64,000 nt of DNA from Macrostomum lignano (taxonomy: Eukaryota), in assembly GCA_002269645.1 (NCBI GenBank), contig NIVC01002020.1, positions 1 through 64,000 of the forward strand. Reading direction: 5' to 3'. Below the pieces are notes generated by a model. It searched no databases. It had not been told where the DNA came from and worked only from the letters and a program-made list of their open reading frames with translations. This document shows positions 51,352 to 64,000 of the stretch, piece after piece. The translations under genes were made by a program, and so were the position numbers. Each line of letters begins with the position of its first letter. Position 1 is the first letter of the stretch.

Positions 51352-54300
51352 CAGTGACCAGTAAGTGTCTAGGGCCAATCATCAGTGATTAGTAAGTGTC
51401 GAAGGCCAATATTCAGTGACCAGTAAGTGTCTAGGGCCAATCTTCAGTGACCAGTAAGTGTCTAGGGCCAATTTTCAGTGACCAGTAAGTGTCTAGGGCC
51501 AATCTTCAGTGACCAGTAAGTGTCTAGGGCCAATCATCAGTGATTAGTAAGTGTCTAAGGCCAATATTCAGTGACCAGTAAGTGTCTAGGGCCAATCTTC
51601 AGTGACCAGTAAGTGTCTAGGGCCAATTTTCAGTGACCAGTAAGTGTCTAGGGCCAATCTTCAGTGACCAGTAAGTGTCTAGGGCCAATCATCAGTGATT
51701 AGTAAGTGTCTAAGGCCAATATTCAGTGACCAGTAAGTGTCTAGGGCCAATCTTCAGTGACCAGTAAGTGTCTAGGGCCAATTTTCAGTGACCAGTAAGT
51801 GTCTAGGGCCAATCTTCAGTGACCAGTAAGTGTCTAGGGCCAATTTTCAGTGACCAGTAAGTGTCTAGGGCCAACTTTCAGTGACCAGTAAGTGTCTAGA
51901 GGGCCAATCTTCAGTGACCAGTAAGTGTCTAGAGGGCCAATCTTCAGTAACCAGTAAGTGTCTAGAGGGCCAATCTTCAGTGACCAGTAAGTGTCTCGAG
52001 TCTATCTTCAGTGACCAGTAAGTGTCTAGGGCCAATCTTCAGTGACCAGTAAGTGTCTAGGGCCAATCTTCAGTGACCAGTAAGTGTCTCGAGTCTATCT
52101 TCAGTGACCAGTAAGTGTCTCGAGTTTATCTTCAGTGACCAGTAAGTGTCTCGAGTCTATCTTCAGTGACCAGTAAGTGTCTCGAGTCTATCTTCAGTGA
52201 CCAGTAAGTGTCTCGAGTCTATCTTCAGTGACCAGTAAGTGTCTCGAGTCTATCTTCAGTGACCAGTAAGTGTCTCGAGTCTATCTTCAGTGACCAGTAA
52301 GTGTCTCGAGTCTATCTTCAGTGACCAGTAAGTGTCTCGAGTCTATCTTCAGTGACCAGTAAGTGTCTCGAGTCTATCTTCAGTGACCAGTAAGTGTCTC
52401 GAGTCTATCTTCAGTGACCAGTAAGTGTCTCGAGTCTATCTTCAGTGACCAGTAAGTAACTCGAGTCTATCTTCAGTGACCAGTAAGTAACTCGAGTTTA
52501 TCTTCAGTGACCAGTAAGTGTCTCGAGTCTATCTTCAGTGACCAGTAAGTGTCTCGAGTCTATCTTCAGTGACCAGTAAGTGTCTCGAGTCTATCTTCAG
52601 TGACCAGTAAGTGTCTCGAGTTTATCTTCAGTGACCAGTAAGTGTCTCGAGTCTATCTTCAGTGACCAGTAAGTGTCTCGAGTCTATCTTCAGTGACCAG
52701 TAAGTGTCTCGAGTCTATCTTCAGTGACCAGTAAGTAACTCGAGTCTATCTTCAGTGACCAGTAAGTGTCTCGAGTTTATCTTCAGTGACCAGTAAGTGT
52801 CTCGAGTCTATCTTCAGTGACCAGTAAGTGTCTCGAGTCTATCATCAGTGACCAGTAAGTGTCTCGAGTCTATCTTCAGTGACCAGTAAGTGTCTCGAGT
52901 CTATCTTCAGTGACCAGTAAGTGTCTCGAGTCTATCTTCAGTGACCAGTAAGTGTCTCGAGTCTATCATCAGTGACCAGTAAGTGTCTCGAGACAATCTT
53001 CAGTGACCAGTAAGTGTCTCGAGTCTATCTTCAGTGACCAGTAAGTGTCTCGAGTCTATCTTCAGTGACCAGTAAGTGTCTCGAGTCTATCTTCAGTGAC
53101 CAGTAAGTAACTCGAGTCTATCTTCAGTGACCAGTAAGTGTCTCGAGTTTATCTTCAGTGACCAGTAAGTGTCTCGAGTCTATCTTCAGTGACCAGTAAG
53201 TGTCTCGAGTCTATCATCAGTGACCAGTAAGTGTCTCGTATCTTCAGTGACCAGTAAGTGTCTCGAGTCTATCTTCAGTGACCAGTAAGTGTCTCGAGTC
53301 TATCTTCAGTGACCAGTAAGTATCTCGAGTCTATCTTCAGTGACCAGTAGGTGTCTCGAGACAATCTTCAGTGACCAGTAAGTATCTCGAGTCTATCTTC
53401 AGTGACCAGTAAGTGTCTCGAGTCTATCTTCAGTGACCAGTAAGTGTCTCGAGTCTATCTTCAGTGACCAGTAAGTGTCTCGAGTCTATCTTCAGTGACC
53501 AGTAAGTGTCTCGAGTCTATCTTCAGTGACCAGTAAGTGTCTCGAGTCTATCTTCAGTGACCAGTAAGTGTCTCGAGTCTATCTTCAGTGACCAGTAAGT
53601 GTCTCGAGTCTACGGCTCGTATCTTCAGTGACCAGTAAGTGTCTCGAGTCTATCTTCAGTGACCAGTAAGTGTCTCGAGTTTATCTTCAGTGACCAGTAA
53701 GTGTCTCGAGTCTATCTTCAGTGACCAGTAAGTGTCTCGAGTCTATCTTCAGTGACCAGTAAGTGTCTCGAGTCTATCTTCAGTGACCAGTAAGTGTCTC
53801 GAGTCTATCTTCAGTGACCAGTAAGTGTCTCGAGTCTATCTTCAGTGACCAGTAAGTGTCTCGAGTCTATCTTCAGTGACCAGTAAGTGTCTCGAGTCTA
53901 TCATCAGTGACCAGTAAGTGTCTCGAGTCTATCTTCAGTGACCAGTAAGTGTCTCGAGTCTATCTTCAGTGACCAGTAAGTGTCTCGAGTCTATCTTCAG
54001 TGACCAGTAAGTGTCTCGAGTCTATGTTCAGTGACCAGTAAGTGTCTCGAGTCTATCTTCAGTGACCAGTAAGTGTCTCGAGTCTATCTTCAGTGACCAG
54101 TAAGTGTCTCGAGTTTATCTTCAGTGACCAGTAAGTGTCTCGAGTCTATCTTCAGTGACCAGTAAGTGTCTCGAGTCTATCTTCAGTGACCAGTAAGTGT
54201 CTCGAGTCTATCTTCAGTGACCAGTAAGTGTCTCGAGTCTATCTTCAGTGACCAGTAAGTGTCTCGAGTTTATCTTCAGTGACCAGTAAGTGTCTCGAGT

Positions 54301-55986
54301 CTATCTTCAGTGACCAGTAAGTGTCTCGAGTCTATCATCAGTGACCAGTAAGTGTCTCGAGTCTATCTTCAGTGACCAGTAAGTGTCTCGAGTCTATCTT
54401 CAGTGACCAGTAAGTGTCTCGAGTCTATCTTCAGTGACCAGTAAGTGTCTCGAGTCTATCTTCAGTGACCAGTAAGTGTCTCGAGTCTATCTTCAGTGAC
54501 CAGTAAGTAACTCGAGTCTATCTTCAGTGACCAGTAAGTGTCTCGAGTTTATCTTCAGTGACCAGTAAGTGTCTCGAGTCTATCTTCAGTGACCAGTAAG
54601 TGTCTCGAGTCTATCATCAGTGACCAGTAAGTGTCTCGAGTCTATCTTCAGTGACCAGTAAGTGTCTCGAGTCTATCTTCAGTGACCAGTAAGTGTCTCG
54701 AGTTTATCTTCAGTGACCAGTAAGTGTCTCGAGTCTATCTTCAGTGACCAGTAAGTGTCTCGAGTCTATCTTCAGTGACCAGTAAGTGTCTCGAGTCTAT
54801 CTTCAGTGACCATTAAGTGTCTCGAGTCTATCTTCAGTGACCAGTAAGTGTCTCGAGTCTATCTTCAGTGACCAGTAAGTGTCTCGAGTCTATCTTCAGT
54901 GACCAGTAAGTGTCTCGAGTCTATCTTCAGTGACCAGTAAGTGTCTCGAGTCTATCTTCAGTGACCAGTAAGTGTCTCGAGTCTATCTTCAGTGACCAGT
55001 AAGTGTCTCGAGTTTATCTTCAGTGACCAGTAAGTGTCTCGAGTCTATCTTCAGTGACCAGTAAGTGTCTCGAGTCTATCTTCAGTGACCAGTAAGTGTC
55101 TCGAGTCTATCTTCAGTGACCAGTAAGTGTCTCGAGTCTATCTTCAGTGACCAGTAAGTGTCTCGAGTCTATCTTCAGTGACCAGTAAGTGTCTCGAGTC
55201 TATCTTCAGTGACCAGTAAGTGTCTCGAGTCTATCTTCAGTGACCAGTAAGTGTCTCGAGTCTATCTTCAGTGACCAGTAAGTGTCTCGAGTCTATCTTC
55301 AGTGACCAGTAAGTGTCTCGAGTTTATCTTCAGTGACCAGTAAGTGTCTCGAGTCTATCTTCAGTGACCAGTAAGTGTCTCGAGTCTATCTTCAGTGACC
55401 AGTAAGTGTCTCGAGTCTATCTTCAGTGACCAGTAAGTGTCTCGAGTCTATCTTCAGTGACCAGTAAGTGTCTCGAGTCTACCTCAGTGACCAGTAAGTG
55501 TCTCGAGTTTATCTTCAGTGACCAGTAAGTGTCTCGAGTCTATCTTCAGTGACCAGTAAGTGTCTCGAGTCTATCTTCAGTGACCAGTAAGTGTCTCGAG
55601 TCTATCTTCAGTGACCAGTAAGTGTCTCGAGTCTATCTTCAGTGACCAGTAAGTGTCTCGAGTCTATCTTCAGTGACCAGTAAGTGTCTCGAGTCTATCT
55701 TCAGTGACCAGTAAGTGTCTCGAGTTTATCTTCAGTGACCAGTAAGTGTCTCGAGTCTATCTTCAGTGACCAGTAAGTGTCTCGAGTCTATCTTCAGTGA
55801 CCAGTAAGTGTCTCGAGTCTATCTTCAGTGACCAGTAAGTGTCTCGAGTCTATCTTCAGTGACCAGTAAGTGTCTCGAGTCTACCTCAGTGACCAGTAAG
55901 TGTCTCGAGTTTATCTTCAGTGACCAGTAAGTGTCTCGAGTCTATCTTCAGTGACCAGTAAGTGTCTCGAGTCTACCTCAGTGACC
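51352..55986. repeat. 31-bp satellite (cagtgaccagtaagtgtctcgagtctatctt), about 150 units
   Basis: Contiguous units without spacers; the first part uses an agggccaat variant. Confidence 0.97.
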
Positions 55987-56611
55987 TTACAGCCCAACCA
56001 TGCAAACAGTGCAGCAGACATACAGGAGTTGAGCATAGTAAAGTGCAGTTAGCCGAAATTAATCGCAAGATCCCCACCTAGCGAAATCTCAGCTTCATTC
56101 TGACAGCTTCATCCTTGAAATAAAGCAAACAAATTGGAACGTGCCATCCGCAGCGGGACCCCCAGGCCGCCCTCTTCAAACTAGCCTGAGACACTCTCAG
56201 CAGTGGGACACTCCATCCGGCAGTCCACTTCTCCAGGCTCGAAGCAGCTCGACTCGAAACAGCTCAGGCAGATGCACCGGCGCCGCCCCAACCCCCCTCT
56301 CCCCGGAGAAAATTCTGGGCGTGACGTCATTCGCCCAGCAAAGCACCCCTCGATGCACTCTTCAATCGCGAGGAGCTGGCACAAGAAGAAAGCTCTCGGT
56401 TCGTAAGGCTTCCTGAAAACAGCGAGAATGTCGGATGGAGACTCGAGAGCTATACTGGCCGCCTACGCCAGATTATCTTTAATTGCGATGGATAATTAGT
56501 GACTTTAATTATGCATTAATAATTAAATTTGTGACGAAAGTAAAATCTTCAAATTCCATCTTTTAATATTTTTTGTTTCAAAACCTACCGCTCGTCCAAT
56601 TATTCTTCAAT

Positions 56612-57660
56612 CCGCTTCAGCTCACTCTCAGTTCACTCTCCCAAGTTCACTCTTTCAACATTATTCACAGCTCACTCTCAGTTCACTCACCTAAGTTCAC
56701 TCTTCCAACATTATTCACAGCTCACTCTCTGTTCAATCTCCTAAGTTCACTCTTCCAACATTATTCACAGCTCACTCTCTGTTCAATCTCCTAAGTTCAC
56801 TCTTCCAACATTATTCACAGCTCACTCTCAGTTCACTCTCGTCAGTTCACTCTTCCAACATTATTCACAGCTCACTCTCAGTTCACTCTCGTAAGTTCAC
56901 TCTTCCAACATTATTCACAGCTCACTCTCTGTTCAATCTCCTAAGTTCACTCTTCCAACATTATTCACAGCTCACTCTCAGTTCACTCACCTAAGTTCAC
57001 TCTTCCAACATTATTCACAGCTCACTCTCAGTTCACTCTCCTAAGTTCACTCTTCCAACATTATTCACAGCTCACTCTCAGTTCACTCACCTAAGTTCAC
57101 TCTTCCAACATTATTCACAGCTCACTCTCAGTTCACTCTCGAAGTTCACTCTTCCAACATTATTCACAGCTCACTCTCAGTTCACTCTCGTCAGTTCACT
57201 CTTCCAACATTATTCACAGCTCACTCTCAGTTCACTCTCGTCAGTTCACTCTTCCAACATTATTCACAGCTCACTCTCAGTTCACTCTCCTAAGTTCACT
57301 CTTTCAACATTATTCACAGCTCACTCTCAGTTCACTCACCTAAGTTCACTCTTCCAACATTATTCACAGCTTACTCTCAGTTCACTCTCGAAGTTCACTC
57401 TTCCAACATTATTCACAGCTCACTCTCAGTTCACTCTCCTAAGTTCACTCTTTCAACATTATTCACAGCTCACTCTCAGTTCACTCTCCTAAGTTCACTC
57501 TTTCAACATTATTCACAGCTCACTCTCAGTTCACTCTCCTAAGTTCACTCTTCCAACATTGTTCTCAGCTCACTCTCAGTTCACTCTCGTCAGTTCACTC
57601 TTCCAACATTATTCTCAGCTCACTCTCAGCTCACTCTCAGCTCACTCAGCTCACCCTCCC
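56612..57660. repeat. 50-bp minisatellite (ttcactcttccaacattattcacagctcactctcagttcactctcctaag)
   Basis: Directly visible. Confidence 0.95.
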
Positions 57661-58274
57661 CAGTTCATCATTAGCTATTTACTCTTCAAACTTCATATTC
57701 AATCCACTTAAGGTGAAGCACTCGAGACGCTGTTACATGTCAGTGTCTGACTTAAATTCAATTACTCAGAGTTCGCATTTGAATCATTTATTTCACCCAG
57801 GTGAACTCCTCCTTCAACGCCTGCCTTTAACATATAGTATCAAAGGATGTTGCAGTGAATTATTTAGGTATTTAATAGCAATAAAAGCCCCCTAGATGTA
57901 ACTAACTACCTTGCTTTGTGAGTCCCCTTGCCGTGTTCTGACTATCCAGTAATAACCTTCCAGCATCACCCGCCCTACTAATTCATTAGGTAGTCAGATT
58001 CCAAATAAACAGAATTTTTAGTTCCCAAAGACTTCTCTGCTGCTCTCGATTCTAATTGGCTGAGCGGCTGGTCCAATCAGAACCGGCGTTGAGAAGCCCT
58101 GAACAGAGAAAACGGGCGCCCCAGTTCAGCACTGCGTCAGACCCCCGCCATTGGAAAGCATTCAAGATATCTTTTGCCATCTGCAACTCAATCGGTAAGT
58201 CCCAACTGCTCTGATGCTCTAAGACAGGCTCAAGGAAGTCTGACTCTATCTACCTATGGCGTCCGTTTATCTAC

Positions 58275-59365
58275 TATAGTGTCTGTCTATTTGCCTATCT
58301 AGTGTCTGTCTATCTGTCTATCTAGTGTCTGTCTATCTGCCTATCTAGTGTCTGTCTATTTGCCTATCTAGTGTCTGTCTATCTGTCTATCTAGTGTCTG
58401 TCTATCTGCCTATCTAGTGTCTGTCTATTTGCCTATCTAGTGTCTGTCTATCTGTCTATCTAGTGTCTGTCTATCTGCCTATCTAGTGTCTGTCTATCTG
58501 CCTATCTAGTGTCTGTCTATCTGCCTATCTAGTGTCTGTCTATCTGCCTATCTAGTGTCTGTCTATCTGCCTATAGTGCCTGTCTATCTGCCTATCTAGT
58601 GTCTGTCTATCTGCCTATATAGTGTCTGTCTATCTGCCTATCTAGTGTCTGTCTATCTGCCTATAGTGCCTGTCTATCTGCCTATATAGTGTCTGTCTAT
58701 CTGCCTATAGTGCCTGTCTATCTGCCTATCTAGTGTCTGTCTATCTGCCTATCTAGTGTCTGTCTATCTGCCTATCTAGTGTCTGTCTATCTGCCTATCT
58801 AGTGTCTGTCTATCTGCCTATCTAGTGTCTGTCTATCTGCCTATCTAGTGTCTGTCTATCTGCCTATCTAGTGTCTGTCTATCTGCCTATCTAGTGTCTG
58901 TCTATCTGCCTATCTAGTGTCTGTCTATCTGCCTATCTAGTGTCTGTCTATCTGCCTATCTAGTGTCTGTCTATTTGCCTATCTAGTGTCTGTCTATCTG
59001 TCTATCTAGTGTCTGTCTATCTGCCTATCTAGTGTCTGTCTATCTGCCTATATAGTGTCTGTCTATCTGCCTATAGTCCCTGTCTATCTGCCTATATAGT
59101 GCCTGTCTATCTGCCTATAGTGCCTGTCTATCTGCCTATAGTGCCTGTCTATCTGCCTATCTAGTGTCTGTCTATCTGCCTATAGTGCCTGTCTATCTGC
59201 CTATATAGTGCCTGTCTATCTGCCTATAATGCCTGTCTATCTGCCTATAATGCCTGTCTATCTGCCTATAGTGCCTGTCTATCTGCCTATAGTGCCTGTC
59301 TATCTGCCTATAGTGCCTGTCTATCTGCCTATAGTGCCTGTCTATCTGCCTATCTAAGTGCCTGT
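58275..59365. repeat. 23/21-bp minisatellite (gtgtctgtctatctgcctatcta)
   Basis: Directly visible. Confidence 0.95.
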
Positions 59366-60073
59366 TTATCTGCCCATCGTACCTGTCCGATCCACTTAAA
59401 ACAGAGCGGCCAGCATATGAATGATGTAGCCTGCAGCCTCACCAAACTCGAAGTGAGCATCAAGAGCATTTCCTCCAGGTCACATAAGGCGCTGCTCCGG
59501 TGCAATGCAACTCGTTCTCTATTAATAATTCTCCGAAAAGATCACTGAATCGGGGATAGGGGAAACCGGATGGCCAATTTTCCCTGTTAAGCTCGAATTT
59601 CTTATTGAATATCTGAGAGCAGAGAGAGAGAGATTCCAAGAGTTCGAAGGCAAGGATGGCTCTGGGGGGCCAATTGCAGAGAAGATATCATATGCTCATT
59701 GTTGACGGACACCGGAGTGTAGAGAAAAATATCTCGGACACAAGGCTTCTTTAGAAAATACAAGTATCTTAAAGTCGGACAATTATTATAATAATTTTCA
59801 CCTACTACCTCTTCGGGACACGGACCTCGAAAGGGAAAAATATTTTGCAAATCGCTTGGTTTGAAGACAAATATGGAAAGTCGAATATCTTCTGCGAGAC
59901 TAAGTGGGGATATTAATTTCACAGTTGAAAAACTGTCTATCGGCATCAAGAAATAGAGGGATAACAGCTGCTGTGTATCCCTGCGAGCGGTTCACTCGGT
60001 TGCTTTATTTAGACTACAGGCGACGTAAACAAGGAGGCAGAAAGCAGCTGCTGCTATCTTTGTTTCTCTGCTC

Positions 60074-60678
<605 letters not shown>

Positions 60679-61163
60679 TTCAATCTAATTTTTTCTACTC
60701 AAATTGGAAGCCAGTTTTGTTTCTCAGCCTAAAGCAGCAATAATGAGGAGACCATCAGGCAGGTTGATGAAGATAGCGGGCCTCGATGCGTGCAGGTCTG
60801 CAACGGAAGGCGGGCCAAATTTTATTTAATAAATTTATGTAGGAGCGCTGCTTGTATCCGCCCAGTTCCCCTGTCTCCCTGTTTTCTTTGTGCAGTTTAA
60901 ATTGGATTAAGATTGAATTACCGCAAACTGGGAAATTTCCACTGGGATTTTCAGCAGCAGAGGGGCCCAACCCCGGACACCGCCTGATTCCCAATTCACC
61001 TTCAAACTATTCATTGTGATGCTCCCAATTTTCGAATTCGTCACGAACTCCCACTTTCTGCGTTAATAACGTCTTTTCTTTTCGAGGTTCCGCCCCGGTC
61101 TGGACAGATTTTAATTAACTGGCCAAAACCATATTCCGGATTTGCAGACTCCAAGGCAGCCCC

Positions 61164-62642
61164 ATGGCCACCACGCCTGCCGGTCCGCTTGACTTCGGCA
61201 GCCTCCAGCTGGACTTCAACGGGTCCGATTTGCAGCAACTTTGGCGGCAGCGCCTGCAGCAGCTCAGCGAACTCAACCGATGCATATCCTCGGAGGAAAT
61301 GACCCCGGAGACGGCCGAGCACTGCCGCGAGCTCTTTGAGTCCTACCTGCAGGGCCAGAGCATGCACTACAAGATCCCCATGGTGGCTGCCTTCAGCCTG
61401 CTTTTCCTAGTCGGTGTGACTGGCAACGCGCTGGTAATCCTCAGCATTGCCATCTTCCCAACTATGCGCTCGCGAACCAACATCTTCCTGTTGAATCTGG
61501 CGATCAGCGACCTGCTAATCTTCTTCATCTGCCTGCCCATCACGGCCTACAATGTGCTCAGCACTCGCTGGATATTCGGCGTGGCCCTTTGCAAACTGTC
61601 GCCATTCCTGCAGGGCGTCTCCGTCTCGGTGTCGATCGCTTCTCTGGCCTCGATGTCGATCAAGCGTTACGTTATCATTCGATACCCGATGACGGCTAAG
61701 GAGCGGATGAGCAACCGGGCGATGAGCCTCTGGGTGGCGGGCATCTGGCTGGCCTCCGTGCTGCTCTGCAGTCCCATCCCGGCTGCTTACAAGCTGCGTA
61801 GGCACGACTTCCACTGGAAGTCCTCCGTGTACTTCTGCGTCGAGGACTGGCAGGACTCCACAGCTCGCAAGACCGCCTACACTCTATTCCTGTTCGCGGC
61901 TCTATACCTGATCCCCCTGATCGCCATGTCCGTGTTCTACTCCATGCTGGGCCGGACACTCATCTCAACGGTAAAATTTGCGCGCCAGCAGGCCGCCAGC
62001 GAGGCCCAGCAGAGCGGGCTGCGGGCGCTCAGCCAGGGCCGGGTGAAGGTCAGCAAAATCATGATCGCCCTGCTGCTGGCCTTCGCTGTCTGCTGGCTGC
62101 CCTACCACGCGGTCACGATCTTCATCGATTTGCGCGGCTTCGCCCTGCCCGATGCTTTGACCACCGCGACTCCAGCTGCCTCCACCACCGCTGAGACTAC
62201 AACGTCTCTGCCGATGATGGGCGGCAGCACAGCGGCTGACGAAGACCAGGAGGTGAACGTGGTGGTGACCACCGTGCTGCCCATCTGCCTGCTGCTGGGC
62301 TACGCTAACAGCGCCATCAATCCGCTCTGCCTAGCGCTGATCAGTTCAAAGTTTAAGAAGTACTTTCGGCTAATTCTCCGTTGCAATTGCCAGGAGGAGG
62401 GCAGGCAGCAGCGGGAGATGGCGCAGCTGTGCTCGCTGTACTCTCGCGGTCATCCGTCCTCGGCTCGGCACGACGCTGTTGGCGAGTTGCGGCTGCATCA
62501 GCAGCAGAATCTGCATCCGCATCTTGTCCAGCATCAGGTGCAGCTGGAGCGGCTTCCCCATCATCAGAGTCAGCCGTCAGACCAGCTCGACCCGCTGGTG
62601 CTGCCGCCCAGACAGCTTCCGGCCGAAGATTTCATCGAATAG
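61164..62642 (+). CDS. Single-exon class A (rhodopsin-like) neuropeptide-type GPCR, 492 aa, resembling orexin/allatotropin, SIFamide and NPFF receptors
   Basis: Seven hydrophobic segments with GNALV (TM1), TNIFLLNLAISDLL (TM2), WIFG..LCK..QGVSVSVS (TM3), FAVCWLPYH (TM6) and ANSAINP (TM7). Confidence 0.92.
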   Translation: MATTPAGPLDFGSLQLDFNGSDLQQLWRQRLQQLSELNRCISSEEMTPETAEHCRELFESYLQGQSMHYKIPMVAAFSLLFLVGVTGNALVILSIAIFPTMRSRTNIFLLNLAISDLLIFFICLPITAYNVLSTRWIFGVALCKLSPFLQGVSVSVSIASLASMSIKRYVIIRYPMTAKERMSNRAMSLWVAGIWLASVLLCSPIPAAYKLRRHDFHWKSSVYFCVEDWQDSTARKTAYTLFLFAALYLIPLIAMSVFYSMLGRTLISTVKFARQQAASEAQQSGLRALSQGRVKVSKIMIALLLAFAVCWLPYHAVTIFIDLRGFALPDALTTATPAASTTAETTTSLPMMGGSTAADEDQEVNVVVTTVLPICLLLGYANSAINPLCLALISSKFKKYFRLILRCNCQEEGRQQREMAQLCSLYSRGHPSSARHDAVGELRLHQQQNLHPHLVQHQVQLERLPHHQSQPSDQLDPLVLPPRQLPAEDFIE

Positions 62643-63764
62643 CATGCAATTTCCGGCCGGATCCGCAGCCTCTCTATTGATGACTCCATTAACTGATTAA
62701 CAACTACAAGCATAGGCATATAGTCTAGTACAAATGCTAATTTAATCTTGTTCTTATCATAACAAAAAGTTTATTGACGAAGTTTTGTTGTTGCTGTTGA
62801 CGTACAATCGCGTACCGCCGCCCACCCGCCCCTCTCTGCTTTGCTATCGGTTTTATTTTAGTGCAAAAAAGACTTTTGATCGGGAAACGTAATCACCATG
62901 AACTCAATATAGTTGGCATCCTAACGGTAAACGAAGTTTACTTAAATTTCTGTTGGTTTTGAGCTGGCACAGAAGAATGTTATTTCAATCCCGCCGCTCG
63001 CGTGCCTTCCAGTTGCTGCTTTGGCCTCGCATTCTGCCTGTAAGCCGAGCTCACCTTGGCAAATTCGTCAACACGCCAGGCAGGAAGGAAGGCCTCGAGG
63101 AACCTCTTCGAGCAGAGAGTCGGGCGTGACCGCACATGACCTCGGGGCCTTAGAGAGAGGATGGGGGCGCCCACTCTACGAAACTTTCCCCACAGCGTCT
63201 GATACCGATGCGGATAAGCCATATCTCCTCCTCACGGAAGCTCGGGTAGTCTCGACAACTCTCCACAGCTTGGGCAGAAAGTGACAAAACACACTCTACA
63301 CACACACACACACACATCCGCGTGCTCTCGAAAAAACTGTGCCCGTGAGGCGGGAGTGCAGCTGCTGGAAACAAATGTTAACCCCAAACCCGGTAGCAAC
63401 ACGGGGTCAGGCGCTGACCCAGACGCTCGCGCGTGCTTCCACTCTCTCTCTCTCTCTCCCTCCCCACCTTAGCGTCATCTTCTGGGCCGCTTCGTCAGAA
63501 CTACAATTTTCTTCGCCCCCAGTTCCCAGATTCCGTTTGCCGGGACGCTCCTCTTTCTTTTTCTATACTGGTATCTTTAACAAGCATTCTGGTGCTGTAC
63601 TGAGCGCCAATATATTGCTACAGACTATGCGGCAGGTGCCGACGACGGACGATCCCGGTGTAGAATCCCCGCCTTATCACTCGATTTTTTTGGCCAGTCC
63701 TCTTGTAGAAATTGTAACAGACATGCGACTGTGGGTAGCAGGGACCCTCCGTCTCTTCCTCTCT

Positions 63765-64000
63765 GCTTCTCTCCCTATCTCCCTCTCTCCCTCTCTCCCT
63801 CTCTCCCTATCTCCCTCTCTCCCTCTCTCCCTCTCTCCCTATCTCCCTCTCTCCCTCTCTCCCTCTCTCCCTCTCTCCCTCGCTCCCTCTTTCCCTCTTT
63901 CCCTCCCTCTCTCTTTCTCCCTCCCTCTCTCCCTATATCCCTCTCTCCCTCTCTCCCTCTCTCCTGTCTCCCTCTCTTCCTATCTCCCTCTGTCCCTCTC
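63765..64000. repeat. Pyrimidine-rich (ctctctcc)n low-complexity tract
   Basis: Directly visible; runs off the window end. Confidence 0.9.

Noticed and set aside
51352-55986. 31-bp repeat as a CRISPR array
   Set aside because: Units are contiguous with no unique spacers, there are no cas genes, and the context is eukaryotic.

Overview
Eukaryotic, intron-containing, repeat-rich DNA, most likely from a flatworm. This is inferred from a TAL-family gene; the short introns and GC-rich exons are compatible with a free-living Macrostomum-like genome, which cannot be confirmed here. Host genes: a 4-exon RABEPK kelch gene (6516-11006), a 3-exon TAL gene (EF-hand pair plus dynein light chain, minus strand, 43816-45345), a single-exon neuropeptide-type GPCR with altered DRY and NPxxY motifs (61164-62642), and a broken THAP gene (501-1183). 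The dominant structure is a 29,903-bp head-to-tail array of four Helitron units (13349-43251). It sits precisely between A and T inside a tRNA-derived SINE, and an uninterrupted copy of that SINE at 44605-44959 shows the empty site. Units 1 and 3 carry a 9-exon STPR-like/OTU/Zn-finger/Rep/PIF1 gene; unit 3 is frameshifted in the HUH motif, and both need a GG 5' splice site. Unit 2 shares the 5' end but has its own 3' hairpin and encodes only an intact RPA70-like ssDNA-binding protein, making it a candidate companion element of a bipartite Helitron system. Unit 4 is a non-autonomous minisatellite carrier. From 46 to 60.7 kb lies a mosaic of unrelated tandem-repeat arrays.
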